Notes under the pieces: generated by a model
The model's database searches: none
Told to the model about the DNA's origin: nothing
The model's input: only the letters and a program-made list of their open reading frames with translations
NCBI GenBank assembly: GCA_963811105.1
Contig: CAWEPZ010000009.1
Span: 352,001-416,000 of the forward strand
Length of the DNA: 64,000 nucleotides
Source of the DNA: Candidatus Bathyarchaeota archaeon
Lineage (GTDB): Archaea > Thermoproteota > Bathyarchaeia > Bathyarchaeales > Bathycorpusculaceae
Direction of reading: 5' to 3'
Shown here: in pieces, positions 1 through 10,122 of the stretch
Numbering within the stretch: position 1 is the first letter of the stretch
Layout of the letters: the number at the start of each line of letters is the position of its first letter
Position numbers and translations under genes: made by a program

Positions 1-42
1 AACAAGTTCAACTGGAAAAATCCGGAAATACGTTCATATATA

Positions 43-538
43 GTGCAAAATAGAGCCAACGGATTGAGCAACGTGAAAAGCCTCGAAAGAACTGAAAACG
101 CAGATAGCTATGAACTGGAAGGCAAGACATTAATTGTCTATGCCTATGTGGCAAAAGAAGGCAAACCTGTTGGTATAAGAGATGTCACTCGCGGAGCCAA
201 TCTAAGCAGTCCTAGCGTTGCGTCTAGGCATCTGCAAAAGCTTGAAGGTCTAGGTCTTGCTAGAGAAAAATGTTTATGGCGACTACATTCTTAAGGAGAA
301 GATTTCTGTTAGCGGAAGCTTCTGGATAGGAAAAAACATGGTTCCACGAATGATACTTTACTCGTTTTTCTTTATGGGAGCTCTAATAGCAGAAGTTGCC
401 GTTATTCTATACATTTTTCTATCTGGGCTTGAAATACAAACAAATTATCTCTTCATTACAGTTTTACTGCTAACTGTTACAGCTATGGTTATTTTCTTGA
501 GCGAAGCAATTGCCTTATCTCACAAACAAAAGAAATAA
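43..538 (+). pseudogene. Winged-HTH protein with two C-terminal TM helices, split by a +1 frameshift near 256-259 (possibly a sequencing error)
   Basis: ORF 43..294 has an HTH (VGIRDVTRGANLSSPSVASRHLQKLEGLGL). It continues naturally into ORF 257..538 (LEKNVYGDY...2 TM) if one base is removed from GGT-CTTG-CTA. Confidence 0.7.
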
Positions 539-543
539 GAAGA

Positions 544-563
544 TTTGACTGCGGTTAGTCAAA
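544..563. repeat. Palindromic site TTTGAC-TGCGGTTA-GTCAAA (copy 1 of TTGAC-N8-GTCAA)
   Basis: Inverted arms around an 8-bp spacer; a related copy is at 3856..3875. Confidence 0.6.
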
Positions 564-1270
564 CTTTCTCTCATGTAAGGAAACGATCCAAGGCCAATCC
601 AAACAGACTTCCGACTACCTTTCTACTTCACCTCAAACACACTTAAATTTCTTCCACCAATGTATTTCAGACAACATTCTCTTATCAACGAACCATGTCG
701 CCTACACCATTGATTGACAATTAGGGAAGAGGGAATTCTAGCAGATGGCCGCATAAGACGTCGCCGTGGACCTTAGCGACAAACCCCATCCGCTGCACCG
801 CAAACATAAACAGGATATCTGGTGTAATGCATCGGATTAAATTTGAAACGGTAATTAGTCTCAAAGACACATCTTTTTATTAATACGCAGCTTGTTCCTG
901 CCATAACCCAGCCGCTTAAGGATCTTGCCTTGAACAGCGTTTAGCGGTAAATACCAAACAGTCATATTTTCATCTAAGAACCCCAAAGTAGCCTCTGTAC
1001 CATCGATACTCCGCTGCGCTATTTGGGTTTATATACTTGAATTTGGACCTGCTGCAGAAATTGGAATTACCAAAAATGATACCGAATAGTATCATTTACG
1101 CATTAACATCATTTTTTAGCCTATGAAATATGCATTTTCTAATTTCTTCGGATTTGGGTAGGAGCATTGCCAACTCTCACATAATTCCCGGTTAATTCGG
1201 ATTTGGAATATGAACTGAAGGTAGCATTAAATCAGATACAGTTCATATCTATCTCGGTAAGGCTTAGGCT

Positions 1271-1969
1271 ATGACCGCGAAGATAGTTGAGGATATAGCT
1301 TATAGAGATCGCGTCTTCGTATTTCACGACAGATTTCAGGCTGGTAAACTTTTAGCTCACAAGCTCCGAGAATACGCAAGTAGACGAAACGTGATAGTCT
1401 TGGCTGTGCCCGCTGGTGGAGTCCCAGTTGGCTACACGATCGCGATGGAACTCGAAGTCTCGATGGATGTAATAGTGGTTAGGAAGATTCAAACTCCATG
1501 GAACACTGAAGCGGGATTCGGCGCATTAACGTGGGATGGAAACATCGTCCTAAACGAATCTCTGGTTGAGCAGCTAGGTCTGACGGAAAAAGAGATTGAA
1601 GAGTCAATCTTGAAGACCAAAAGAAGCATTCAAGAGAGGCTTAGAAAGTTCAGGGGAAAACAATCAATATCGCAGGTAAAAGACAAAATTGTGATCCTCG
1701 TCGATGACGGGCTGGCTTCGGGCTTTACTATGCTTGTTGCCGCAAGATCCATAAAAAAGAGAGCGCCAAAAAAAGTAATCGTCGCTGTGCCCACGGCTTC
1801 TTTAGGAGCTATTGAACTGCTCGCGCCCGAAGTGGATGAGATCGTGTGCCTCAACATAAGAAGCGGTCGGTCATTCGCTGTCGCAGACGCTTACGAGAAC
1901 TGGTACGACCTAACGGATGAGGAAGTCATCAACATACTCAAAAGAGACTCGGAAACGAGGTATTCTTAA
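1271..1969 (+). CDS. Type I phosphoribosyltransferase (COG1926-like)
   Basis: PRPP-binding motif VILVDDGLASG, plus DRFQAGKLLA, AVPAGGVPVG and VRKI...EAGFGA motifs. Confidence 0.9.
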   Translation: MTAKIVEDIAYRDRVFVFHDRFQAGKLLAHKLREYASRRNVIVLAVPAGGVPVGYTIAMELEVSMDVIVVRKIQTPWNTEAGFGALTWDGNIVLNESLVEQLGLTEKEIEESILKTKRSIQERLRKFRGKQSISQVKDKIVILVDDGLASGFTMLVAARSIKKRAPKKVIVAVPTASLGAIELLAPEVDEIVCLNIRSGRSFAVADAYENWYDLTDEEVINILKRDSETRYS

Positions 1970-2090
1970 CCAAGAAAATTCTGGAACAGAAGTTGGAGTC
2001 AGAGTCTCGGAAAAAGAAGCAGACGCCGACGGAATAGCTGTTTCGAGTAAAGATAAATCAACTGATGACCACGCGTTAGGTAAAGATGAG

Positions 2091-3810
2091 TCAGGTTTTT
2101 CTCTTTCTTCTCCAAAGCAGAAATACCGTTAGGGCCGTTAAGGCTGCTATGACGGCAGTCGCTATAATTGCGAGAGCTGAAGTAGTGAGATTTTGAATTG
2201 GTGAGACATCAGCAAATACTATAGTTCCCGTGCCGAAGAAGTCCTGATTAAAACGTGATGTGCACCATACATAATAGTTGCTTGAATCTTGCGTGTAACC
2301 CTGGTCTTTAGCTAATTGGTTGCCAAAGAAAATTTTTGGGGTGCTTCCATAAAGTATTGCACTTTTGGGTATGGTTATGTTGACAAAATCATAGTTTCCT
2401 GTGTCACCTCTCATGAGGAAAGTTACGTTTGTTGAAGCAGGGAGCAGATTAGTTGTCACATTAATTCTGTCACTCGGATATATTGTTAGGTTGCCTATTT
2501 TTGTGAGCACAACTTTTTGGTTATTGTCTTTAGTTGCTTGATAAAACTCTGCTGGTGGAACTTGATCTAAAGTTGGTATTGATTCGTTTGGGTTTGGAAT
2601 AGCATTTGGGTTTGGTGCAGTTAGGACAGGTGCTATGTTTACTGTGCCTAGGATTGATTGATACTTTGAGTCGTGTATTGTTTGGCTAATTGCATCGGTT
2701 TGTCCCCAATAATTGTTGGCTGCGTCTATGTTACTTATTGCACTATAATCTTCGGGGTGGTAACCTTGACGGGGTGGGTAAGAGAGGTAAAGATTGAAGT
2801 TGACGTTGTTGTATATGTTGTTGTTCGTGATTACCGGTCTAGTTAGTACGTATCCTTGGTCGTAGAGGTCAATTCCAGTACCGGCGGTTGTAATAGTGTT
2901 ATTTTCTATTAGTGGGCTTGAACCCTCAATTCTTATTCCAAAAAAAGGGTAGTCTTTGAACTGGTCGTTTGTAGGTGTGTTCTGAATAAAGTTTCGTTGT
3001 ATCAAGGCTGGTCCATCTATGCTTATGCATGCTTCCACATAATTAGAAAAACGGTTATCCGAAATTACTGCTTTTTGAACATTATTATTACTGGATGAAA
3101 ATCCAAAACCGTCTCGCCAAGGGCTACTAGGATAGCCTGTTAATGTGTTGTTTAAGATCAGGAATGAACCGTCAGAAGCATCTATCCCTCCTCCGTTGAA
3201 GGTATTGTTTACAACGAAGGCAGAGCAAGCAAGCTGAATACGACCGTTGAAAAAGTTATTTGTTATTATAGCCTTTCCAGGTCCACGGATAACTGGGGTT
3301 ACACTAATATCTCCAGAATTTGTTGTTGCCGTTTGGTCTTTAAAGTAATTATTGTTTACAGTAATTGAATTGCTACAATGATAATAGGTAAATCCCATTG
3401 TTTCCAAAACAGCATTCTCAATTATGCAGTCGGAACTTTCGTCGCCAAAATTAATGTTGGCACTCGGCTCATGATTACCGTTGATTATTCGGTTGTCAGT
3501 GTGGAAAACTATCTTTTCGCTGCTTGCTTCCTAGTACTTTTAATGTGCCGTTTACCTGAATAACGTTCTTGTGGCAGTTAATTGTTACTCCTGGCTGAAT
3601 TGTTAAGGTTGCTCCTCTACTCACAAACACATTTCCATTAAGCTCTATTGGGCTATCTGCTTTAGTCCAAGTCGTATCTTGATTTATTGTGTCGCCATAA
3701 CTCATTTCATCTGAGTATGCTTTTCCCAGATTGAGACTGGCGGCAAAAGCAGCACAGAACAAAACTATCGTGAAAGCGACCAGTAGCTGTTTTTCCAAGG
3801 CACTCACCAA
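2091..3810 (-). pseudogene. Secreted, membrane-anchored right-handed beta-helix surface protein split by a +1 frameshift near 3526
   Basis: 3496..3810 gives a signal peptide and DTTWTKADSP..NVFV..GATLTIQPGVTI. Removing one A in GGA-AGCA-AGC-AGC-GAA joins it to the Asn-rich repeats (ITNN, IENNTI, DAANNYWG) and the C-terminal TM plus basic tail of 2091..3407. Confidence 0.75.
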
Positions 3811-3855
3811 AACAGCATAAAGTTATTTGCAATAAAAGCGTTCTCATCAACAATT

Positions 3856-3875
3856 CTTGACTGCAGAAGGTCAAG
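3856..3875. repeat. Palindromic site CTTGAC-TGCAGAAG-GTCAAG (copy 2)
   Basis: Same arms and spacer length as 544..563; both spacers begin TGCRG. Confidence 0.6.
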
Positions 3876-4057
3876 GTTTGAGGTTGCCCATACGGCTTTT
3901 CTGGGCAGCTGGAACAGTGAAGTTTTCGCAGCCCTCACAGGCCTAACCGGAATTATAATCGGACTATTTGTGGGGAAAAAACATTGATTCTACCGGGTGG
4001 AACAGAATATCGCGAAAAGCAACCGCTCGAAGTCTGCAGCAGGACCAGAAGAGCTTA

Positions 4058-4354
4058 ATGGCGAAGGGCAAACCTTGGACCGTTGAAGATGAAAGGCAAC
4101 TTCGAAAAGCTGCTTAGCAGAAAAGAAAGTCTATGCGATCTATTGCAATGGTTCTTGGGCAAAACCCTTATTCTGTACGGTTGAAAGCATCTCGCTTAGG
4201 CTTAGAAGATGATGATGGGAGTGAAAAAAACACGCCATCATCATCTACCTTTGATAAGTTAATTTTGCCAATTGAGTCCTGCAGCGAAGGTCTACTTATC
4301 GCACATCCATGCAAGTCCACTGTCCAGGAGATTATGAAGTTACCAATCATTTGA
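4058..4354 (+). pseudogene. Degraded small HTH protein (MAKGKPWTVEDERQLRK...SMRSIAMVLGQNPYSVRLKASRLGL)
   Basis: Myb/GcrA-like WT.EDE..L start, interrupted by an in-frame TAG upstream of ORF 4133..4354. Confidence 0.5.
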
Positions 4355-4776
4355 TATCGATGCTAAATGCCCTGCCTAAGATAGACAAAAGAGTTTTCCC
4401 AACTAGATACTGCGTTATGTACCAATGCCTAGTTAACTACGAAAGAAAACTGGAAACAGTCTTTCAAATCCCGCATTACTGGACATCGATTTTAAATCTT
4501 TAAGGTATTTTGGCGGCTCGATGCTTGCGCATTATAGCAATGGAAACGTATTGCTAGTTCAAAAGATGCTACGGCACAAAAGCGTTCTAAACACAATGAA
4601 GTATATCCACGCGGTTAACAGGCTAAAAGATGATGATTTTGAAGAAACCATTGCTACCACAATTGAAGATATACGGAAACTTGAAAAAGCGCGGGACAAA
4701 ATATGACGAATTGACCATCAACGGAACACAAGTTAACTTTTACAGAAAACCTAAACGTTTCGGAGTTTCCCAGTAA
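4336..4776 (+). pseudogene. C-terminal remnant of a tyrosine recombinase/integrase
   Basis: Across frameshifts it reads NPALLDIDFKSLRYFGGSMLAHYSNGNVLLVQKMLRHKSVLNTMKYIH, matching box II (xxLRH...LGHxxxxxTxxY). The N-terminal part is absent. Confidence 0.75.
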
Positions 4777-4812
4777 TGACAGGCCTTAGTTGTACTAGTT
4801 TTGGGTTTGTAA

Positions 4813-5445
4813 TTGTATGTTTGCAGTCACAAAAGTAAAACTACCAGACAAAACTCTTCTTTACACGTGAAATTCAAAGTATTGCATCAAAACGCAAAGC
4901 TTCTAGATGATTTAATAGATGAGTTCAGAAAAACCAAAAGAGCCAGCTTTGTTCCGCTGAGAAACTTGCAAGAGATGGTTCTAACGATTTTTCCAGACGC
5001 CGTTATGGTTAACTTGGGTTTGCATAAGCTTGTTTTCCGTTTGAGGCATAAGAGCCATGAGTTGGCGTTAAAAATTGGAAAAAGCCAATCTATAGAGTTG
5101 GATCATGAAGTATACATGCAATTACCTTCTAGCCTCAGACATATTTATTTTGCAAGAGTATTTTGGCACACAAAGTATTGCCTTTTGCAGGAGTTCGGTC
5201 TTGAAGTAGAAGTTTCAGCGCAAAAATTGGCGCAGCTTAGAGCGATTGCGAGCAAGTATGACTTACTAGATATAACTTGTGATAACATTAGAAGTGTTAA
5301 TGGAACCTTGAAAATTATTGATGCAAGCATTGCCCCTCGCGGGTTGCTTAGGCTTTGGAAAACTGCCGATGTTATTAAACTCAGGTTACCCGACGCTGTT
5401 AGAAGAGTAATCAGAAAGTCAAGATTGCTTACCTCTGTTAAGTAG
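4813..5445 (+). CDS. Hypothetical protein with a possible minimal protein-kinase-like fold
   Basis: LGLHKLVF, LALKIG, DITCDNI and LKIIDAS occur in kinase motif order. Confidence 0.5.
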   Translation: MYVCSHKSKTTRQNSSLHVKFKVLHQNAKLLDDLIDEFRKTKRASFVPLRNLQEMVLTIFPDAVMVNLGLHKLVFRLRHKSHELALKIGKSQSIELDHEVYMQLPSSLRHIYFARVFWHTKYCLLQEFGLEVEVSAQKLAQLRAIASKYDLLDITCDNIRSVNGTLKIIDASIAPRGLLRLWKTADVIKLRLPDAVRRVIRKSRLLTSVK

Positions 5446-5526
5446 AAATAAGTCCAAAATGCCTTTTTTGCTTCAATCTCTGCAAAAAAGCATATCAAGT
5501 CGATGTAATCATAATGCAAGCATAAT

Positions 5527-6867
5527 ATGACTCTCATCTTAAAACCACCGCAAAATGCTCGAGCTCCAGATAACTGGCTTAAAGATATTTTAAGCAAGAG
5601 TGCCCTTGCTGAGAGCGAGCAAATTGTTGCCCGAAGCCGACAAGACAGCCTATGTGTGCTATGCAAAGGCGCCAGATTCTTGTGTGGTAAAACCCGTTGC
5701 CCAATAATGGTCAAGGTTAACTATTTCCTCAAAAGTGTACCCCTGATGGCAAGCGAAGACATCAATGGCATGTCTCCGCCAAGTGTTTTCATTGGTCGAA
5801 TCGGATACCCTAACGTTTACGCAGGACCGCTTGTGCCACCCGTTTATGAGGATACAAGTGTTTACGATTTGCCTGAAAGGTGGTTTGGGAAATCCATGGA
5901 TGAAATCGTGGGTTTCCGCAGCTTGCTTGTACGTGGGAAGCACAGAGTTAACGTGCAAAAGTTCATGGAGGCAGGCAAAATCCTGGATCAAACGCGGGAG
6001 TTAGCTTTGGCTGATAGCTGTGTTGACATTGAGTTGAACCTTACGAAAAAGCCAAGGGGCTCCATTTTTCTTGATGATGACATACAACCGTTTGGTCCTT
6101 CAGCTCCCATCCGAGACTTGCATGTTGGAAACTCTAGGTATGATGATAAGATCGAGAAAGCGTATTATGATACGGATTTGCGGGCTACAAATGCAGTTGT
6201 GGAGCTTTATAGTCGAGGAGTTATGGTTTCAAAGATTCAAAAAGCCTTCAGCGTCGGCGCTTTTGGAGTAGAAAAAAACAGGCGCTTGGTTCCTACACGC
6301 TGGAGCATAACAGCTGTTGACGATATTATCTCTAAAAACCTTAGAGAAAAAGTGAAAACGTTTCCTGAAATCAACGAGTACCGAGTCTATGAGTCAATTT
6401 ACATGGATAACGTTTTTGAGATTTTAATGATTCCCCAGCAGTGGAGTTATGAGTCGATGGAGGCTTGGTATCCAGGCACAGTGTGGAATCCAAGTGGGAA
6501 AAGCATTGCGATTTTCTCAGATTGGGAAGGAAACAGCGGGCGAACGACTTATGCACAGATAGGCGGATGCTACTATTCTGCACGACTGGCAACTTGCGAG
6601 CTCTTGGCCAAAGAACAACGGCAAGCAACTGTGATTGTGCTCAGAGAAGCAAGGCCGGGTTACATCATGCCCATTGGTGTGTGGCAAGTACGAGAAAACG
6701 TAAGAAATGCAATGCGTCAAAAACCGCTCCTGTTCAAAAGTCTAGCTGAGTCTCTGCAGTTTATCGGAAGCAGGTTCGAGATTCCAATGCACAGGTGGAT
6801 AATGCAGAGTGAACTATTGAAGCGAGCTCTGTTCCAAAAGAAGATATCAGACTTCTTCAGAGATTAA
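5527..6867 (+). CDS. nreA: Nre family archaeal DNA repair protein
   Basis: N-terminal CxxC-x6-CxxxxC, SPPSVFIGRIGYP, RRLVPTRWSITAVD, GGCYYSARL, GVWQVRE, and a C-terminal PIP box QKKISDFF. Confidence 0.9.
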   Translation: MTLILKPPQNARAPDNWLKDILSKSALAESEQIVARSRQDSLCVLCKGARFLCGKTRCPIMVKVNYFLKSVPLMASEDINGMSPPSVFIGRIGYPNVYAGPLVPPVYEDTSVYDLPERWFGKSMDEIVGFRSLLVRGKHRVNVQKFMEAGKILDQTRELALADSCVDIELNLTKKPRGSIFLDDDIQPFGPSAPIRDLHVGNSRYDDKIEKAYYDTDLRATNAVVELYSRGVMVSKIQKAFSVGAFGVEKNRRLVPTRWSITAVDDIISKNLREKVKTFPEINEYRVYESIYMDNVFEILMIPQQWSYESMEAWYPGTVWNPSGKSIAIFSDWEGNSGRTTYAQIGGCYYSARLATCELLAKEQRQATVIVLREARPGYIMPIGVWQVRENVRNAMRQKPLLFKSLAESLQFIGSRFEIPMHRWIMQSELLKRALFQKKISDFFRD

Positions 6868-6950
6868 GCAAAGAATAAGGTGTGTTCAGGAATCTCATTT
6901 CAATAACAAATCTTAAAAAAGCAACGTCTTATACTCTGACCTGAAGCTTA

Positions 6951-8579
6951 ATGTCAAACTCTGCACCCAGACGATTCATTTTACCCTTTTCGCAACAAAA
7001 AAACAGGGACCCATTCAGCAACGAAATTGAACTAGCCACGATATACGCGCTCGCAGAGTTTGAGCGGGTAAAGGGCGGTGGCTTAGTTGTTAAACAGCAA
7101 CAGGAAAAAATGTTTTTTATTGCGAAGGCTGGTTATCCACTCTGGCTTTTTCCAAATAACGAGATAGCGTTCATTTTTGATGGCTTAAATCAATTCATAC
7201 ATTTGATGTCCTATGCTGATTTGCCTACTGCTAAATCCTTCAGCGAGAGCCTAGAGAGCCACTCAAAGACACGAGAGAACTACACAGCTTTTCTTTTAGA
7301 CCATCAAAACTACTTCAAACAGTCAAAAAAGGACAAAGAAATCGCTTTGAAAGGTTTAATCGTTGATTCAGACTTTAAGAAAGAATTTAGTCTCTACCGC
7401 AAAGAAGCAATTGAGATCACTTCGATTGCAAACTGGGCTCTTCTTTCTCCAACTCTTGAAATTTCAGCAGTTGCTTCTACGTTAGCTGAAATAGAAAAGT
7501 TGCAATCCCTGTTCAAGGAAGACACTGAGAAACTTCCAGAATGCCTAAGATCCATAAATAAGATAACCAGCCAATACATAACCGAATTATCTTATGCAGC
7601 TGAAGCCGTAAAAGATGAAGCAAATGCAAAAATTAAAGCTCAAGAAGAAATTATTAACCCTCAAATCGCCAAGCTAAACAGCGATTACAAGCATAAAATA
7701 TACAACCTAAATAGAGACTTTGATGAAGAACTCGAAAGCCTCGACAAATTGAAAACCAAAACTGCAAAATCCATAGAAACAAACGAAGAAAAAATCCGGC
7801 AATACCAACGAGAAGCGCAAATTCAGGCGCGTCAGAACCATTTAATCTATGAAAAGAGATGGAAAGAAAAGAGCGGCATAACCAAAAAAGAAGTTGACGG
7901 ACTTAAAAAAGAGTTAAATCGTTTAGAGAAAAATATTAAGAGTTTAAGGAAACAGAAAATTGAGGAAATATCCAAGTTAGGAGCTAAACTTGATATTGAA
8001 ATAAAGTTAGCGCGCCAGCCTTTGCTTGACCTTGAATCTGGCCGTGACGCTAAAATGCTTGTTTTTAAGCAGGAAACTGAAAAATTGCTTGAACAGGAAA
8101 AACCTGTAATACAGGGGCTTTACGGCGCCATTAAAATGCGGGAGACGTTAGACTCTAAAATTGAAATATTGGGCTTTAGAGACCAACAATTAAAGAGCCC
8201 AACATTATTTTATGTGCCGTTTTATGTTGTCTGCTATCAAGTGGAATTAAGCAGGCGCTATATTTTTCTTGCGCCGTCAATCTCAAGCCCGCTCGGTTTT
8301 TCTGCTAGACTTAAGAGTGCTTTTGGCATGTCAAAAATTAGAGAGGTGTTTGCTCCGCGGTTTAGAGCCATTACTGCGCTGATTGATAAGTGCCAAATTC
8401 TTGTCAAGCAAGACACGTCGTTTGAATGCGAGATTGGAGAACTAGGTGAAAAAAACAATCTCTTAAAAACAGAACTATCTCGTACCGGTATAGCGAAAGG
8501 GTTAGTTTACCTTAACCATGAAGGCTGGCTCTCCGACAGAGAATACGAGGTTCTTAGCAATAGTTTGGCTCATGATTAG
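6951..8579 (+). CDS. Hypothetical protein with a long central coiled coil
   Basis: 542-aa ORF with an E/K-rich heptad region flanked by globular segments. Confidence 0.8.
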   Translation: MSNSAPRRFILPFSQQKNRDPFSNEIELATIYALAEFERVKGGGLVVKQQQEKMFFIAKAGYPLWLFPNNEIAFIFDGLNQFIHLMSYADLPTAKSFSESLESHSKTRENYTAFLLDHQNYFKQSKKDKEIALKGLIVDSDFKKEFSLYRKEAIEITSIANWALLSPTLEISAVASTLAEIEKLQSLFKEDTEKLPECLRSINKITSQYITELSYAAEAVKDEANAKIKAQEEIINPQIAKLNSDYKHKIYNLNRDFDEELESLDKLKTKTAKSIETNEEKIRQYQREAQIQARQNHLIYEKRWKEKSGITKKEVDGLKKELNRLEKNIKSLRKQKIEEISKLGAKLDIEIKLARQPLLDLESGRDAKMLVFKQETEKLLEQEKPVIQGLYGAIKMRETLDSKIEILGFRDQQLKSPTLFYVPFYVVCYQVELSRRYIFLAPSISSPLGFSARLKSAFGMSKIREVFAPRFRAITALIDKCQILVKQDTSFECEIGELGEKNNLLKTELSRTGIAKGLVYLNHEGWLSDREYEVLSNSLAHD

Positions 8580-8662
8580 CAAGCAAGTTTTTATTTGATT
8601 CAAAAAACTTATTGCCCCGTACGATTTGTAAATCACAGATAACATTTTGAGAGAGCAGAAAC

Positions 8663-9076
8663 ATGAAAAAATTCACAGGTAAAACCGCAACCGCCATAAT
8701 ACCGTTTCCAGAGGACAAGATTTTGCTAATTAAGAGAAACACTGTACCCTTTGTTGGCTACTGGGGACTTCCGGGTGGCAGAATGGACCTGGGCGAAATC
8801 TTGGAGCAAACCGTTGTACGAGAATGCAAAGAGGAAACAGGACTTGTTGTTGCGATAGTTCGAAAAATAGGCGAGTACATTGAGAAGGGCGTAAAGGATA
8901 ACGTGGAATACGAGTATTTTCCAACATGTTTTGTAGTGAAAGTGGTTGCAGGAGAAATTAAGCGCCAGAAAAGCGAAATCCAAGACATACAACTCTTCAG
9001 CTTAAAAGCGCTCCCAAATCCACTGGCATTTGAGCATGACAAGATGATTACTGATTATTTGATTACCAAACCTTGA
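8663..9076 (+). CDS. NUDIX hydrolase
   Basis: Nudix box GGRMDLGEILEQTVVRECKEETGL; LAFEH C-terminal motif. Confidence 0.9.
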   Translation: MKKFTGKTATAIIPFPEDKILLIKRNTVPFVGYWGLPGGRMDLGEILEQTVVRECKEETGLVVAIVRKIGEYIEKGVKDNVEYEYFPTCFVVKVVAGEIKRQKSEIQDIQLFSLKALPNPLAFEHDKMITDYLITKP

Positions 9077-9110
9077 CCCCAAATTATTGAACAGGATATA
9101 ACTTTCGTAA

Positions 9111-9520
9111 TTATTGCTTTTCTAGTGTCTTTTTTACTTCGGTAAGAATCTCAGAGAAGTCTGCTTCTTTATCAGGCTTCATGCCTCTTTTGCAAACGTT
9201 CAGGACGGTTTCATAAACTCTTTCAGCTAACTTCTTTTCCATTAGCTTGAAGACTCTGTAGCTTCCGAAAAACTTGTAAGTGCAGAATATGATTACTTTT
9301 TTGCCTTCAACTTATTAGACCTTCAATGAAGGCTAACGTTTCTTTGGCTGAGCTTGAGCCTTCCACAGGAGTGCCTATTATTAGGAGGCCGCAGTTTGCC
9401 AAGTCTGACACCTGGGTTGATGTCAAATCGAAGATATGCGCTTTTACTGTGCCGGCTAATGCTTAATTCAAGATGTCTAGTCTTTCCTGTTCTTGAAAAA
9501 CAAACTACACAAATGTTCAT
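9111..9520 (-). pseudogene. Flavodoxin-like protein, frameshifted twice
   Basis: Three frames give MNICVVCFSRTGKT..., then ALAGTVKAHIFDL...LLIIGTPVEG...KETLAFIEGL, then VEGKKVIIFCTYKFFG...KTLEKQ*. Confidence 0.7.
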
Positions 9521-9604
9521 GTTAAAAGAGTGTATATGCTCGGTTTAAACAACATTCTGCCAATGGATTCTACCAAGTTAAGTTACCTTGAAAAAATAAG
9601 AGGG

Positions 9605-9988
9605 TTATATGTCTTTGATAGATTCGTTTATCTTCTTAAGCTCTTCTTTCTTCATTGCTTCCAAATCTTCCTTTCGCTTTTTATCAGCTAGTTCCTTTGC
9701 TTTCTGTGCAATGCAGGCAGCGTTAGCTTGCTCTAAGTATTTATCCATCCACTTAATGTCATTTTTAAGTCCGCCCATTGTTGACTCAAAATCAAGCGAA
9801 TTATCGGAAACAAATCGGGCATTTGATGGATGGGCTTTGCTTGGTTGATAACTGATAGGTTCTCTAAAACACTGTAGCCATTCCACAGTTGGTTTGGCAC
9901 TTAGCTGAATGTGGACCCATAAATCATCGCCATTTTTGCTAACTACCTCCGCTGAACCCATCCTTCTTATGTTAAAAGTTTCAGACAT
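9605..9988 (-). CDS. Hypothetical protein
   Basis: 127-aa ORF with a GAGGG SD-like sequence and a charged C-terminal helix. Confidence 0.65.
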   Translation of the reverse strand: MSETFNIRRMGSAEVVSKNGDDLWVHIQLSAKPTVEWLQCFREPISYQPSKAHPSNARFVSDNSLDFESTMGGLKNDIKWMDKYLEQANAACIAQKAKELADKKRKEDLEAMKKEELKKINESIKDI

Positions 9989-10122
9989 TTATTGCCCTCT
10001 TTTGAATAATAAACATTGTACGCAATTAAAAATTTATGCTTGAAAAAACATGAGGGCGCTATACGAATTTCGGTGTTAATTTTAATAAGTGCTGCAATGA
10101 GTATTTGTTTTGAGCGAAAACC

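Noticed and set aside
564-1260. 700-bp gap with short ORFs
   Set aside because: Only fragments under 40 aa with no recognisable family; no repeat array or RNA structure that I could support.
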